Virus record (IMG/VR): IMGVR_UViG_3300032328_000934
Coordinates: 1 to 64,000 of that record
Source: a virus
Lineage: Duplodnaviria; Caudoviricetes
Reading direction: 5' to 3' (one strand)
Length of the DNA: 64,000 nt
The position numbers and the translations under genes were made by a program. This document shows positions 18,618 through 27,308 of the stretch, piece after piece. Position 1 is the stretch's first letter; each line of letters opens with the position of its first letter. The notes below the pieces were generated by a model. It made no database searches. It was not told the DNA's origin and saw only the letters and a program-made list of their open reading frames with translations.

Positions 18618-18872
18618 TTACTCTTCTACGTTATGAACAACGTAGTCGAGGTCCCAGCAGTTGGCGTTGAGCGAGATTTGGGTTTTTAACCGCTCGCGAA
18701 GTCGCTCGCTTGCGTTGGCCAAGATGAGGTTGTTGAGCTCTTCACTTGGTTGTTCATTGTCCATGTCTTCCGGTACTTCGAATACGATTTGCTCGTCGAA
18801 AAACACCTGCACCTCAACACCGGAGTATGCGTCATAGTACGCATTACCCCACACATACACTTGCTTCTTCAT
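18618..18872 (-). CDS. hypothetical acidic protein
   Basis: 84 aa, GAGG RBS. Confidence 0.6.
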   Translation of the reverse strand: MKKQVYVWGNAYYDAYSGVEVQVFFDEQIVFEVPEDMDNEQPSEELNNLILANASERLRERLKTQISLNANCWDLDYVVHNVEE

Positions 18873-19321
18873 GCTTCACCTCGTTGACGCTTCAATTCCT
18901 CGTACTTTACCATGGACGTGTGCACCTCTTCAATGAACTCCGCTTCTCGGTTACTCCCGCCTGTAAGGCCATAGTGATTGTCGCGCATTTCTTTGCGAAT
19001 CTCCATCCATTTTTCAGGTGAGAGACCGAACGGGAATTCGTCTTTCAGTGCCTCATTGGCGTCCTCTTTCGAAATGCTGTGCACAAAGACATTGTACTCT
19101 AGCTCTAGTTGTTGGATGGCCTGCCATTTTTCACTCGACCACTCACCATCGGGGCAGTGGATGCTCTCGGCAGACCACATCATTACTCCGGGCCCGGCAC
19201 TCCGGATGCCTTTGAGTTTCAGAAGTCGGCGGACTTCGCTGTCTAGGTCCTCGAGTGAGGACTGGACGACGAACGTGATGGTCATTTCGGCCGGACCGTA
19301 TACTACTCTCCAAAATTCCAT
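18869..19321 (-). CDS. hypothetical protein
   Basis: ATG 19321 after GAGGAG. Confidence 0.6.
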   Translation of the reverse strand: MEFWRVVYGPAEMTITFVVQSSLEDLDSEVRRLLKLKGIRSAGPGVMMWSAESIHCPDGEWSSEKWQAIQQLELEYNVFVHSISKEDANEALKDEFPFGLSPEKWMEIRKEMRDNHYGLTGGSNREAEFIEEVHTSMVKYEELKRQRGEA

Positions 19322-19338
19322 TGCGGTCTCCTCTAAGT

Positions 19339-19370
19339 TGATTGCCGGAAGTAACGTGTCCCCGGTACTC
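19339..19370 (-). repeat. conserved leader hairpin R2
   Basis: Near-identical to R1, upstream of RBS. Confidence 0.85.
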
Positions 19371-19377
19371 GAAAAAA

Positions 19378-19890
19378 CTATTGAATAATTACCCAATCTC
19401 CGCCATCAAAGCCTGTGACGGCAATGTCTGGGGATAGTCCGTAGAAGAACGTAGCCTCGTCTTCTGGGTCTCCTTCTCGATAGTCGTCAAACCGGCAGAA
19501 CTGAACGTGGTTGATACTACCGTCATCTTTCCACTGAATAGTACGATGAAAGTACCGACTCTCTTGCTCGACTTCCTCGACGTGGGCAACGAATTCATCG
19601 TCGTCTTCGTCAAGGTCGTCGTCGTCCTGATTGAACTCCGCCTCGAACGCTGAGGCGATGTCGCGAGTACGGAACTGGAACCACTCGCGGGCCTTGTCTC
19701 GTGAGCCGTCGCCGTCGGGCTGGATGAACCGGTCCACGGCCTGCATGACCGTGAAGTGGCCCAAGTCGGGATACTTCTCGGTCAGCCGAGTGGCCAATTG
19801 GTAGGGCACACTCTCCAAGAATGTCTGGCACAAGTCTTCGAGGATGACCAAAACTTCCTCGCTGAACCCCTTGTTGAACTCTACTGACAT
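19378..19890 (-). CDS. hypothetical acidic protein
   Basis: 170 aa, AAGGAG RBS. Confidence 0.65.
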   Translation of the reverse strand: MSVEFNKGFSEEVLVILEDLCQTFLESVPYQLATRLTEKYPDLGHFTVMQAVDRFIQPDGDGSRDKAREWFQFRTRDIASAFEAEFNQDDDDLDEDDDEFVAHVEEVEQESRYFHRTIQWKDDGSINHVQFCRFDDYREGDPEDEATFFYGLSPDIAVTGFDGGDWVIIQ

Positions 19891-19906
19891 TACAGTCTCC
19901 TTACGT

Positions 19907-19938
19907 TAATTACCGGAAGTAACGTGTCCCCGGCACTC
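19907..19938 (-). repeat. conserved leader hairpin R3
   Basis: Near-identical to R1. Confidence 0.85.
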
Positions 19939-19947
19939 AAGAAATCT

Positions 19948-20136
19948 CTACCAGTCAGCCCGGTGGTTGCACAGGGCAACCCACACGTCCCAATTTTGGT
20001 CTCGTATCCAGCGTTCCGCGTCTTGGCGAGCTGTCTCGCCTTTGAAAAACTTCTTCTTGCCGTTCACTACGACCTTGTAGTCATAGCCACGGGTGTAAAT
20101 CGAAAACTTGTGTCTGCAGTAAACGAGTTCCCACAT
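19948..20136 (-). CDS. hypothetical protein
   Basis: 62 aa, GAGG RBS. Confidence 0.6.
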   Translation of the reverse strand: MWELVYCRHKFSIYTRGYDYKVVVNGKKKFFKGETARQDAERWIRDQNWDVWVALCNHRADW

Positions 20137-20154
20137 GGTACACCTCTTCTCAAC

Positions 20155-20186
20155 TAATTACCGGAAGTAACGTGGCCCCGGTGCTC
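20155..20186 (-). repeat. conserved leader hairpin R4
   Basis: Near-identical to R1; compensated terminal pair ACCGG/CCGGT. Confidence 0.85.
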
Positions 20187-20192
20187 TACTGA

Positions 20193-20561
20193 CTAGGAAG
20201 AAAACTTAACAAGGAACTCTAGGCCAGTCTCTTTGCTGACCTCTTCGCGCTTGGCCATGCAAGCGTCAAAGTCCATCTGCCGGTCTTTGCATTCCTTCCT
20301 AACTTCTTCCACGTCTAAACAGAAGTGTCGCCAACCGAACAAAGTGTCACCGCGTGGCGATACCACCATTGCGACAATGTTGGCGGTATAAAACCAATCC
20401 GCCGTCAGCCAGACATACTCGTACTTTTCGCGAAGACTCCTATCCTCGTCTTTGGCACACTGTATGGCTTCCCCCTTCGTGGGGAAATCGTAAAATGTCA
20501 TATGCACGACACTCCAGAAATTGCGTGATGCCGAGAACACCACCACTCTAAAGCATTGCAT
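20193..20561 (-). CDS. hypothetical protein
   Basis: 122 aa, overlaps upstream stop. Confidence 0.55.
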   Translation of the reverse strand: MQCFRVVVFSASRNFWSVVHMTFYDFPTKGEAIQCAKDEDRSLREKYEYVWLTADWFYTANIVAMVVSPRGDTLFGWRHFCLDVEEVRKECKDRQMDFDACMAKREEVSKETGLEFLVKFSS

Positions 20562-20841
20562 TTAGGCACCTCTTGCACAGACGGTAGCCTGTTGGTTGCA
20601 CCGCCTCTAGTGTTACACGCATACACGCGTAACAGTCGAACCCCAACTCGGCAAACGTTGCTTCAAAGGCCAAGAACAATTCACTCGTTTCCACCGGGTC
20701 GAGGCCAAAGAACGTTCGACCACCGATGTGGACGACGATTCCCGCATCAAAGGTGTTTACCACCTTGATGCCCATGCGGTTTGCTCTGTCTTGGATGTCT
20801 TCCCAGACTATGGGAATTGCTTGTTTGGGTTTGCGAATCAT
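20548..20841 (-). CDS. hypothetical protein with C-terminal CxxC...CxxC
   Basis: CYAC and CKRC pairs. Confidence 0.6.
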   Translation of the reverse strand: MIRKPKQAIPIVWEDIQDRANRMGIKVVNTFDAGIVVHIGGRTFFGLDPVETSELFLAFEATFAELGFDCYACMRVTLEAVQPTGYRLCKRCLNAML

Positions 20842-20855
20842 GTCAGTTTCCTCGA

Positions 20856-20892
20856 TAATTGCGGGAAGTTGTCCTGTGTCCCCCGCTACCTC
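20856..20892 (-). repeat. leader hairpin R5 (diverged)
   Basis: GCGGGGG/TTCCCGC stem plus AATTA, upstream of RBS. Confidence 0.7.
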
Positions 20893-20909
20893 AGTGTGTG
20901 AAAAAAAAA

Positions 20910-21470
20910 CTAATTAACCGTTACTACACCGTTACTAAAACTTACGTATTGCAAGTCTTCTCCTGCGTAGTAAAACACTCTGTTAAGCCAGCTCTCCAAT
21001 TCGGCTGGGTACTCCAGACACCACGTTGTACCGCTTGGAATCCCAAGTGTTTGTAGATACCCACAGAGCAGTTTCCATCGAATGCTGTCTGGGTTTAAGA
21101 GTTCTGGAACTTGCTGTCGCTGTCGACCAAGTTGCTCGAACTCTACGAGTTGAGTCAACAGGTGGGACAGGTGGTAACTTTGGCCAAGGAACACTCGAAA
21201 TGGGGTGTGCACATCTCCTACCGCGTCGGTGTACGACACGGCAAATGCATCGATCCACGCGCCAGAGACTGCGTTCTCGAAGAAATATTCCCAGTATGGG
21301 CAGTTCGCGTACACCACGGCATTGTCGTCGTTCACGATGACAACGTCTAGGCCTTCGGCAGTGAATTGCCGTGCATCCCGCATGGCTTCAAAGCGGTCGT
21401 ACCGAGTAAGTTCCTTGTTTAGGCTACGGTTCTCCATTGATTTGATACCCATAATTTTGAACTCTGACAT
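20910..21470 (-). CDS. hypothetical protein
   Basis: 186 aa, GGAGG RBS. Confidence 0.65.
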   Translation of the reverse strand: MSEFKIMGIKSMENRSLNKELTRYDRFEAMRDARQFTAEGLDVVIVNDDNAVVYANCPYWEYFFENAVSGAWIDAFAVSYTDAVGDVHTPFRVFLGQSYHLSHLLTQLVEFEQLGRQRQQVPELLNPDSIRWKLLCGYLQTLGIPSGTTWCLEYPAELESWLNRVFYYAGEDLQYVSFSNGVVTVN

Positions 21471-21484
21471 GGTATCCTCCTCGA

Positions 21485-21521
21485 TAATTGCGGAAAGTTG
21501 TACTGTATCCTCCGCCTACTC
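21485..21521 (-). repeat. leader hairpin R6 (diverged), just downstream of a TATAAT
   Basis: GCGGAGG/TTTCCGC stem plus AATTA; TATAAT at 21529-21534 on the - strand. Confidence 0.7.
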
Positions 21522-21529
21522 AGTTATAA

Positions 21530-21733
21530 TTATACTCCTTGTTTTACCCCGTGTACGAAGAAAAAACAAAAAGAATAATTATTATCTTCACACCCATACA
21601 CAAGAGCCCATCCTAACCGGATAGACGTCTCGATTGCGAGCGCTATCCCCTCTTCCCGAGACCCCACCGACTGAGTGTCGATGCAGGTCTCGAAAAATTT
21701 GTTAATTCCCGGGAAGTCTACACTGTATTCCAT
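21530..21733 (-). CDS. hypothetical protein
   Basis: GGAGG RBS; C-terminus runs into AT-rich DNA. Confidence 0.45.
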   Translation of the reverse strand: MEYSVDFPGINKFFETCIDTQSVGSREEGIALAIETSIRLGWALVYGCEDNNYSFCFFFVHGVKQGV

Positions 21734-21742
21734 GATGGCCTC

Positions 21743-22150
21743 CTAGAAGAAGTACATCTTGGCACCATCATGGTGCGCGAGGTACATCGCAATCCACACT
21801 CGCTTATTACCCCGACCGGGTTCCTTGACTAACCGGTACTTGAGACTGTACTGCCCGTGACGAGGGGCCAATTGAGTCAGGATGTCTTCCGGTTTTCGAA
21901 AGTCAAACGTTGCTGGTTGAAGTCCATGCCATGTTGGCCAGTAACTGTCCCGCCGACCCGGACGGAAGTAAGGACTCACGGCATCGAGGAAGTCCTCGCG
22001 ACGCCAATCTCCGCAGTCACCGAAACATACCTCACTTTGGATGTCCTCGTCCTTTTCCTCGTCGTACTTTGTGCAAGTGCACTCACCATCGGTGAGGTCC
22101 CACAAGTCCGATACCGTTACCCACGTTTTGCTCTTAATCAAAATACCCAT
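21743..22150 (-). CDS. hypothetical protein
   Basis: 135 aa, GGAGG RBS. Confidence 0.65.
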   Translation of the reverse strand: MGILIKSKTWVTVSDLWDLTDGECTCTKYDEEKDEDIQSEVCFGDCGDWRREDFLDAVSPYFRPGRRDSYWPTWHGLQPATFDFRKPEDILTQLAPRHGQYSLKYRLVKEPGRGNKRVWIAMYLAHHDGAKMYFF

Positions 22151-22203
22151 GATGACCTCCTAGTAAAATTGCGAGGTTGTAGCGGTTACCTGCTCCGCAG
22201 AGA

Positions 22204-22389
22204 TTACGCCTGTTGCTTGCCGTTTACGAAACGGCCCCAGTATTGGCCAGTGCCAATCTCACGGATTGACACCGAGCCTTTGGTCTCTCGAGACAGTTTG
22301 ACTGCCCCGATGACCGCCTGCTTATAGTTGGGGAACTCACCTGAGTGAGTCCCCGGTTTGTCGTCCCATCGGATGATTACGAATCTCAT
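22204..22389 (-). CDS. hypothetical protein
   Basis: 61 aa, coupled to upstream stop. Confidence 0.55.
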   Translation of the reverse strand: MRFVIIRWDDKPGTHSGEFPNYKQAVIGAVKLSRETKGSVSIREIGTGQYWGRFVNGKQQA

Positions 22390-23153
22390 TTAGTACTCCA
22401 AAAGTATACCACGTCATCTGACGTGATGCCAACACCGCATTGGTGCCCTATGGCAACATCCATCCAATCCTCACGGATTGGCATGAACTTACGTTGGTAC
22501 TTGCCCTCCGTCAGGGCTGGATTGAAGCTGACGAATCCCTCGTACTGCGATACGAGATAGTCTCCAAACACCCCAAGGGATTCACCCCGAGTGTCTTCAC
22601 ACTCAATCCAGTCTGTTTCAACTTCGGGTTGATACGGCAGGAGAATGGATTTCCAACCTTGCGAATATACCCAACCCCCGCCCACCAAAATCGGTGAGCT
22701 GGCCACGGTCCACAGGCGAGGTGACTTAACCCCGATGAACCACGTGCCACTGGTTGGGTAAAATGACCCATCCCCCGTGGAAACGAGCAGATCGGATATT
22801 TTTGACTCATGGGGTAAACCGTCGTACCCCACGACTACCAAACGGTAACCGTACTGTGTTAGACCGATTGCCCCGATGGCACGGTCCGAAACACTTACGG
22901 ACTGGATTACGTACCAATCCATAACCATTTCGTTGAACTTGGCTACCATGGCCTCGAGCTGTGGGTGCGGACGGCGAATGAACGCGGTTAACCCGTTTTC
23001 GTGGGCAACCACACCAACGGAGCCTGCCCACACTCCGGTGGGCTTCTGGAAGGTGGGAACGGTAATGTTGTACCCGAGTACAACACCGTACCGAATGGCG
23101 AGGCCGAAGCCTACGCCAGCCCCGATTTGGGGCATGGACTCATTGAAGCGCAT
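22386..23153 (-). CDS. hypothetical beta-rich protein
   Basis: 255 aa, AAGGA RBS. Confidence 0.6.
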   Translation of the reverse strand: MRFNESMPQIGAGVGFGLAIRYGVVLGYNITVPTFQKPTGVWAGSVGVVAHENGLTAFIRRPHPQLEAMVAKFNEMVMDWYVIQSVSVSDRAIGAIGLTQYGYRLVVVGYDGLPHESKISDLLVSTGDGSFYPTSGTWFIGVKSPRLWTVASSPILVGGGWVYSQGWKSILLPYQPEVETDWIECEDTRGESLGVFGDYLVSQYEGFVSFNPALTEGKYQRKFMPIREDWMDVAIGHQCGVGITSDDVVYFWSTK

Positions 23154-23241
23154 GTTATTTCCTTTCAGCGCTATCGACGATACTTGCCTGCATGCTTACC
23201 CACGCAGGAGTAGGGAGAAAAAAAGAAAAAAAATTACAAAA

Positions 23242-23526
23242 TTACCAAATAACCATGTTGCCTTCAGAGTTCCACCGGACGTACCAATGAAACACGTCGC
23301 TGAGCCGGTTTTGCTCTTCCTCAGAGAAGTCACGGTAATTACTTGGGTATATCTCTCCCCCATGCTTCTCGTCCAGCATGCGGAAGAATCCTGAATCCAC
23401 GATGATGTCGCGGATTTTCCCCGTGTCTTTCCGGTGGGCCACGACGGCAATTGCCATGAGGCGGGTAATGGTTCCCGCCACCTCACTGAAAGCAATTGCT
23501 TTTTGAATCTCTTCCCTCGAAATCAT
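23242..23526 (-). CDS. hypothetical protein
   Basis: ATGA-coupled start at 23526. Confidence 0.6.
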   Translation of the reverse strand: MISREEIQKAIAFSEVAGTITRLMAIAVVAHRKDTGKIRDIIVDSGFFRMLDEKHGGEIYPSNYRDFSEEEQNRLSDVFHWYVRWNSEGNMVIW

Positions 23527-23996
23527 AATATCCGTCCTTTCTTCCACATTTCATACAGCGTATCTGACTTCACAATGCGGGTGATTTCGCCCCGCTTCTT
23601 GTTTATATTTCTTATTTGTCGTAGTGAGAGACTCCACTCCATTGTGTCGTCCCATGTCCAAGAGCCGTCCCCCTCTTGGAGGAGGAGAGCCCTGATGTCT
23701 AAAGGTTCAAGCTTCAAAACCGAGGCAGCCATAAGTCGAGACCGACGGGACCACGCAACGAATTGCTCCTGCCGTGGTGTCAGGTAGCACCACGATAGGT
23801 GATAGATCGGCCACTCCGGATTGTCCTTAACAACCCAACAAATGCGAGTTACCTTGTCGTCACCGGTGATGACTTCCTGCCGGACACGGTCTTTTCGCCA
23901 AGAGTTATTCTCGGCGATCGCCTTGATGACTTTCCCCAGCTGTTGTGGGGTGGTGGTAACGAGCTCTCGGGTGGTTGTGTAGTATGCAATCTTCAC
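23523..23996 (-). CDS. hypothetical protein
   Basis: 157 aa, AAGGAG RBS. Confidence 0.6.
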   Translation of the reverse strand: MKIAYYTTTRELVTTTPQQLGKVIKAIAENNSWRKDRVRQEVITGDDKVTRICWVVKDNPEWPIYHLSWCYLTPRQEQFVAWSRRSRLMAASVLKLEPLDIRALLLQEGDGSWTWDDTMEWSLSLRQIRNINKKRGEITRIVKSDTLYEMWKKGRIL

Positions 23997-24007
23997 GATA
24001 CTCTCCT

Positions 24008-24199
24008 TTATGCTTGCCGAATTTCGGCCAACACGACTACGTTAGCCTTCTCGAACTTTTCCTTGACCTCCTGCCGACGGGGGTGTGGGGGTAACACCAC
24101 ATACCATACCCCGTTGCCCTTACGGGCCTGCACCTTTGCTCCGGTGCCAAGGTACACCGACGTTGCGAATAACGATGCTTTGACAATTTCCTCTGTCAT
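24008..24199 (-). CDS. hypothetical protein
   Basis: 63 aa, AGGAGG RBS. Confidence 0.6.
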   Translation of the reverse strand: MTEEIVKASLFATSVYLGTGAKVQARKGNGVWYVVLPPHPRRQEVKEKFEKANVVVLAEIRQA

Positions 24200-24276
24200 T
24201 ACAACCTCCTAAATAAAAGAAAAGAAAACCATAATACCCATCTATTTATATACCGCGGATGGGTACGCGGGTGAAC

Positions 24277-24582
24277 CTATTTGACCAACTTATCGAAGTT
24301 GGCCAAGGCTATTTGCGAAGCTGACCGAGCCACCGCACGGCGGGCTGTGGCCTTGCCATCGGCGAACCCCGATTGATAGCCGTCATGCAGACCACGCAAA
24401 CGAGTAGCGTTTACTATCTCGTCTACTTTCGAGGCCAATGGACGGGCGGTCAACTCCCGCCGGAGCTCAATTCGCTCCTTGAGGAGCTTGTCGACGACCT
24501 CGACTGCGTTGCGGTTTGAGAACCACCACGCGCCAAGGGTGAGGACGTTAGCGAGGATGAGAGCGATTAGTACGTACTCCAT
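24277..24582 (-). CDS. hypothetical protein with N-terminal TM helix
   Basis: MEYVLIALILANVLTLGAWWF; ATG 24582 after GGAG. Confidence 0.65.
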   Translation of the reverse strand: MEYVLIALILANVLTLGAWWFSNRNAVEVVDKLLKERIELRRELTARPLASKVDEIVNATRLRGLHDGYQSGFADGKATARRAVARSASQIALANFDKLVK

Positions 24583-24614
24583 GATGTTCTCCAATATACT
24601 AAACGAATAATACC

Positions 24615-24645
24615 AAAATCCCCCACACAAATACATGTGTGAGGG
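24615..24645 (-). promoter_or_regulatory. CACATGT promoter/operator box (variant copy)
   Basis: CCCTCACACATGTATTTGTGTGGGGG followed by TATTAT. Confidence 0.55.
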
Positions 24646-24658
24646 ATGGACTAATGAC

Positions 24659-25057
24659 CTACAGACAATAATCGAAATGTTTGACTATCGTTTGTAGTCC
24701 TGCGGGAGACGCAGGTACGACGAAGCTGGGTGCCCCGTCCCAACGTCCTAGTGGGAAGTCCCACACCCAGCACTGACCGTTGGTTAACTCAAAGCCGACT
24801 GCCCGACCCGAGTATCCGGCGTGTTTCTCGATGAACTTAATTAGTCCATCGTTGTCGCCGAGTAACTCTTCGAGCGTAAAACCCTCGGTGGCCACCCGAT
24901 TTGCGGTGCAGTCGTTGCACTCGCACTCTGGGTCGAACTCACAGCGTTTGGGTGTAGCGGACTGCTTTGCCGTGTGTTCGAGGAAGGTTGCCCAGCCGAC
25001 CTTGCACTCCTCACACAGGCATTGGGCCATACCAACTTCTTCGTAAGTGCATTCCAT
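24659..25057 (-). CDS. hypothetical Cys-rich protein
   Basis: CxCxxC twice; ATG 25057 after AAGGAG. Confidence 0.65.
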   Translation of the reverse strand: MECTYEEVGMAQCLCEECKVGWATFLEHTAKQSATPKRCEFDPECECNDCTANRVATEGFTLEELLGDNDGLIKFIEKHAGYSGRAVGFELTNGQCWVWDFPLGRWDGAPSFVVPASPAGLQTIVKHFDYCL

Positions 25058-25087
25058 GTTAGTCTCCTTAATTAAACGAATAATACC

Positions 25088-25599
25088 ATAATACCCCAAA
25101 CAAACACATGTGGGGAAACTTGATTTCTCCGAACCTCACGGTATTCGAAATCTCCGAGCCTCTGGGATGAACCGTTAGCCAAGCCTGACATTATTCGAAA
25201 CCTCCGAGCCTCCGGGATGAATCGTTCTACACATGGTGAGCAGACATTAATCGTGCAAGGGAGGGGGCTTAATGCAGGGCCATCAACCAACCGCAGTTGG
25301 TTGGTGCCCTGCTGACAACACCATTCAGTAATTCGCGCACGAATTACTGAATGACCCGAGCGTGGAACACCACGGCGAAGCCGGGGTTGTGCGATGTCTG
25401 TTCGCCGCTAGGCGATCAGACAGAGCAGGGACCAGGGCAGGGGCTTTGGGCAGGGACCAGGGCAGGGGCTTTGGGCAGGGGCTTTGGGCAGGGACCAGGG
25501 TTGGCGATGGCCGTGCGCTCGCAAGCGCGCAGCCATCGCGGGGAAGCTAATCGCAAGCATAAAAAAAGGAGACACACAACCCGAGGGTTGTGTGTCTCC
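25088..25599. repeat. intergenic module D (box, 35-bp direct repeat, H1, H2, H4, 12 G-tracts, H5, terminator)
   Basis: Box 25088-25118, H1 25275-25311, H2 25322-25353, H4 25396-25421, G-tracts 25428-25500, H5 25504-25539, terminator 25561-25599. Confidence 0.92.
25561..25599 (-). terminator. intrinsic terminator, module D
   Basis: 14-bp stem GGAGACACACAACC/GGTTGTGTGTCTCC plus T7 on the - strand. Confidence 0.9.
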
Positions 25600-25606
25600 G
25601 GTCGCA

Positions 25607-25828
25607 CTACAGGTAGTGCGCGAAGTGGCGAGCGAGGCTCTCCACCGATTCGGCGGTGTTTGGCCCGGACCAGACCGGCGAGTCGTCGACGCCCGGGACC
25701 GCGTCCCAGACGACGACGGTCCCGCCCCACGCGGTGTCCCAAGTCACCTCACGCCCCACACGGGACGCGTTGAGAGCGATGACGACCAAGAGGACGGTGA
25801 TTGAGTGGCGAGTTGCTGAGTTGTTCAC
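25607..25828 (-). CDS. hypothetical cassette gene
   Basis: GTG start after GGAG; flanked by modules C and D. Confidence 0.55.
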   Translation of the reverse strand: MNNSATRHSITVLLVVIALNASRVGREVTWDTAWGGTVVVWDAVPGVDDSPVWSGPNTAESVESLARHFAHYL

Positions 25829-25858
25829 TGTAGTCTCCAAACACTAATGCAGAATTGC

Positions 25859-25996
25859 ATAATACCCCAAACAAATACATGTGGGGAAATGCAAGTAACG
25901 AGTGAGTTAACATTAATCGGATAACCCAGGGTGCGTGGAGGAGCTAATCACAAGGATAAAAAAAGGAGATACACAACCCTCGGGTTGTGTATCTCC
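25859..25996. repeat. intergenic module C (box plus terminator, minimal form)
   Basis: Box 25859-25889, terminator 25958-25996; joined at CCAGGG. Confidence 0.92.
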
Positions 25997-26002
25997 GTGT
26001 GG

Positions 26003-26380
26003 TTAACGACCCTGAAGCCAAGGGTCGTTGGCTTCAGACTCGGGGTCGAAGTCCCCGTTGGATTCGGCCTCGGGGTCGAACCGCTCGATGCCGGTCGGGC
26101 CGTCCCCGTTCCATCCCGGGACCCCACCCTCCGGGTCGTGTTGCCAGTACTCCACTGGCACCGCCGGTTTCTCTTCCCATGGCGCGCGGGGGAAGGGTGT
26201 CGGCGGGTACGGCCGTGGGGCTGGCTCGTCATCCTCGTCGTCGAGGATGGACCGGTCCGGTGCGGGTGGGGTGTGGATGGTGAGGCGCGCCTCACCGTAG
26301 ACCATTTCGACGACCACGCGTGTGGCGCCGAGTACGGTGACCGTGGAGTCGGACGGGACGGTAATTGTGAATTTAGGCAT
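26003..26380 (-). CDS. hypothetical acidic, Pro-rich cassette gene
   Basis: 125 aa, AAGGA RBS; flanked by modules B and C. Confidence 0.6.
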   Translation of the reverse strand: MPKFTITVPSDSTVTVLGATRVVVEMVYGEARLTIHTPPAPDRSILDDEDDEPAPRPYPPTPFPRAPWEEKPAVPVEYWQHDPEGGVPGWNGDGPTGIERFDPEAESNGDFDPESEANDPWLQGR

Positions 26381-26417
26381 CGGTGTTTCCTTTCTGGGAA
26401 ACTATGCAAGAATTTGC

Positions 26418-26695
26418 AAAATACTCCAAACATATACATGTGGGGAATAGTGTATACGGAGTGAGTTAACATTAATCGTGCAAGGGGAGGGGCTTAATGC
26501 AGGGCCATCAACTAACCGCAGTTAGTTGGTGCCCTGCTGACAACACCATTCACTAATTCGCGCACGAATTAGTGAATGACCCGAGCGTGGATGTATGGAC
26601 CAGGGCAGGGGCTTTGGGCAGGGACCAGGGTGCGTGGAGGAGCTAATTGCAAGCATAAAAAAAGGAGATACACAACCCTCGGGTTGTGTATCTCC
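26418..26695. repeat. intergenic module B (box, H1, H2, G-tracts, terminator)
   Basis: Box 26418-26448, H1 26500-26536, H2 26547-26578, G-tracts 26603-26630, terminator 26657-26695. Confidence 0.92.
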
Positions 26696-26701
26696 GGTCG
26701 G

Positions 26702-27028
26702 TTAATTGGCCAACATGACTTCGTAGTCAGCGGCCGTATATACCTGCAAGGTGAACTCTGCCTCGAACCGACGGCGTCCCTTGCCAATCCACCGAGTCCC
26801 TAAGCTCATCCACGTCCAGCCCCACAGCCGGTATTGGGAAGACTCCACGGTGTGGTACCACCCAGCCACAACACGGTCCGAGATGGCTTTCGCGGACTGC
26901 GGACATGCTAAGAGCATGGCCGAAACGGGGTCGGTGGCGACGCGACGCCAGACGACCTCGCGTAGGACCTGATTCGGATGGACACGGCTGAGAGATGCTC
27001 GCACTGAGCCGACGATGACGTATTCCAC
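26702..27028 (-). CDS. hypothetical cassette gene
   Basis: 108 aa, GTG start after AGGAGG; flanked by modules A and B. Confidence 0.6.
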   Translation of the reverse strand: MEYVIVGSVRASLSRVHPNQVLREVVWRRVATDPVSAMLLACPQSAKAISDRVVAGWYHTVESSQYRLWGWTWMSLGTRWIGKGRRRFEAEFTLQVYTAADYEVMLAN

Positions 27029-27057
27029 AGGAACCTCCTAACTAAAGAAAAGAATTC

Positions 27058-27301
27058 AAAATCTCTCAAACACCTACATGTGGGGAAATGCAAGTAACGA
27101 GTGAGCAGACATTAATCGGATAACCCAGGGTTGGGGGCTTCATCGAGGCCTTGGCCGAGATGCGCGAGTGACCTAGGGCAGGGGCTTTGGGCAGGGACCA
27201 GGGTTGGCGATGTCTGTTCGCCGCTAGGCGATCAGACAGAGCGGGGAGCTAATTGTAAGCATAAAAAAAGGAGATACACAACCCTCGGGTTGTGTATCTC
27301 C
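27058..27301. repeat. intergenic module A (box, G-tracts, H4, terminator)
   Basis: Box 27058-27088, G-tracts 27176-27203, H4 27212-27237, terminator 27263-27301. Confidence 0.92.
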
Positions 27302-27308
27302 GTGTGTG

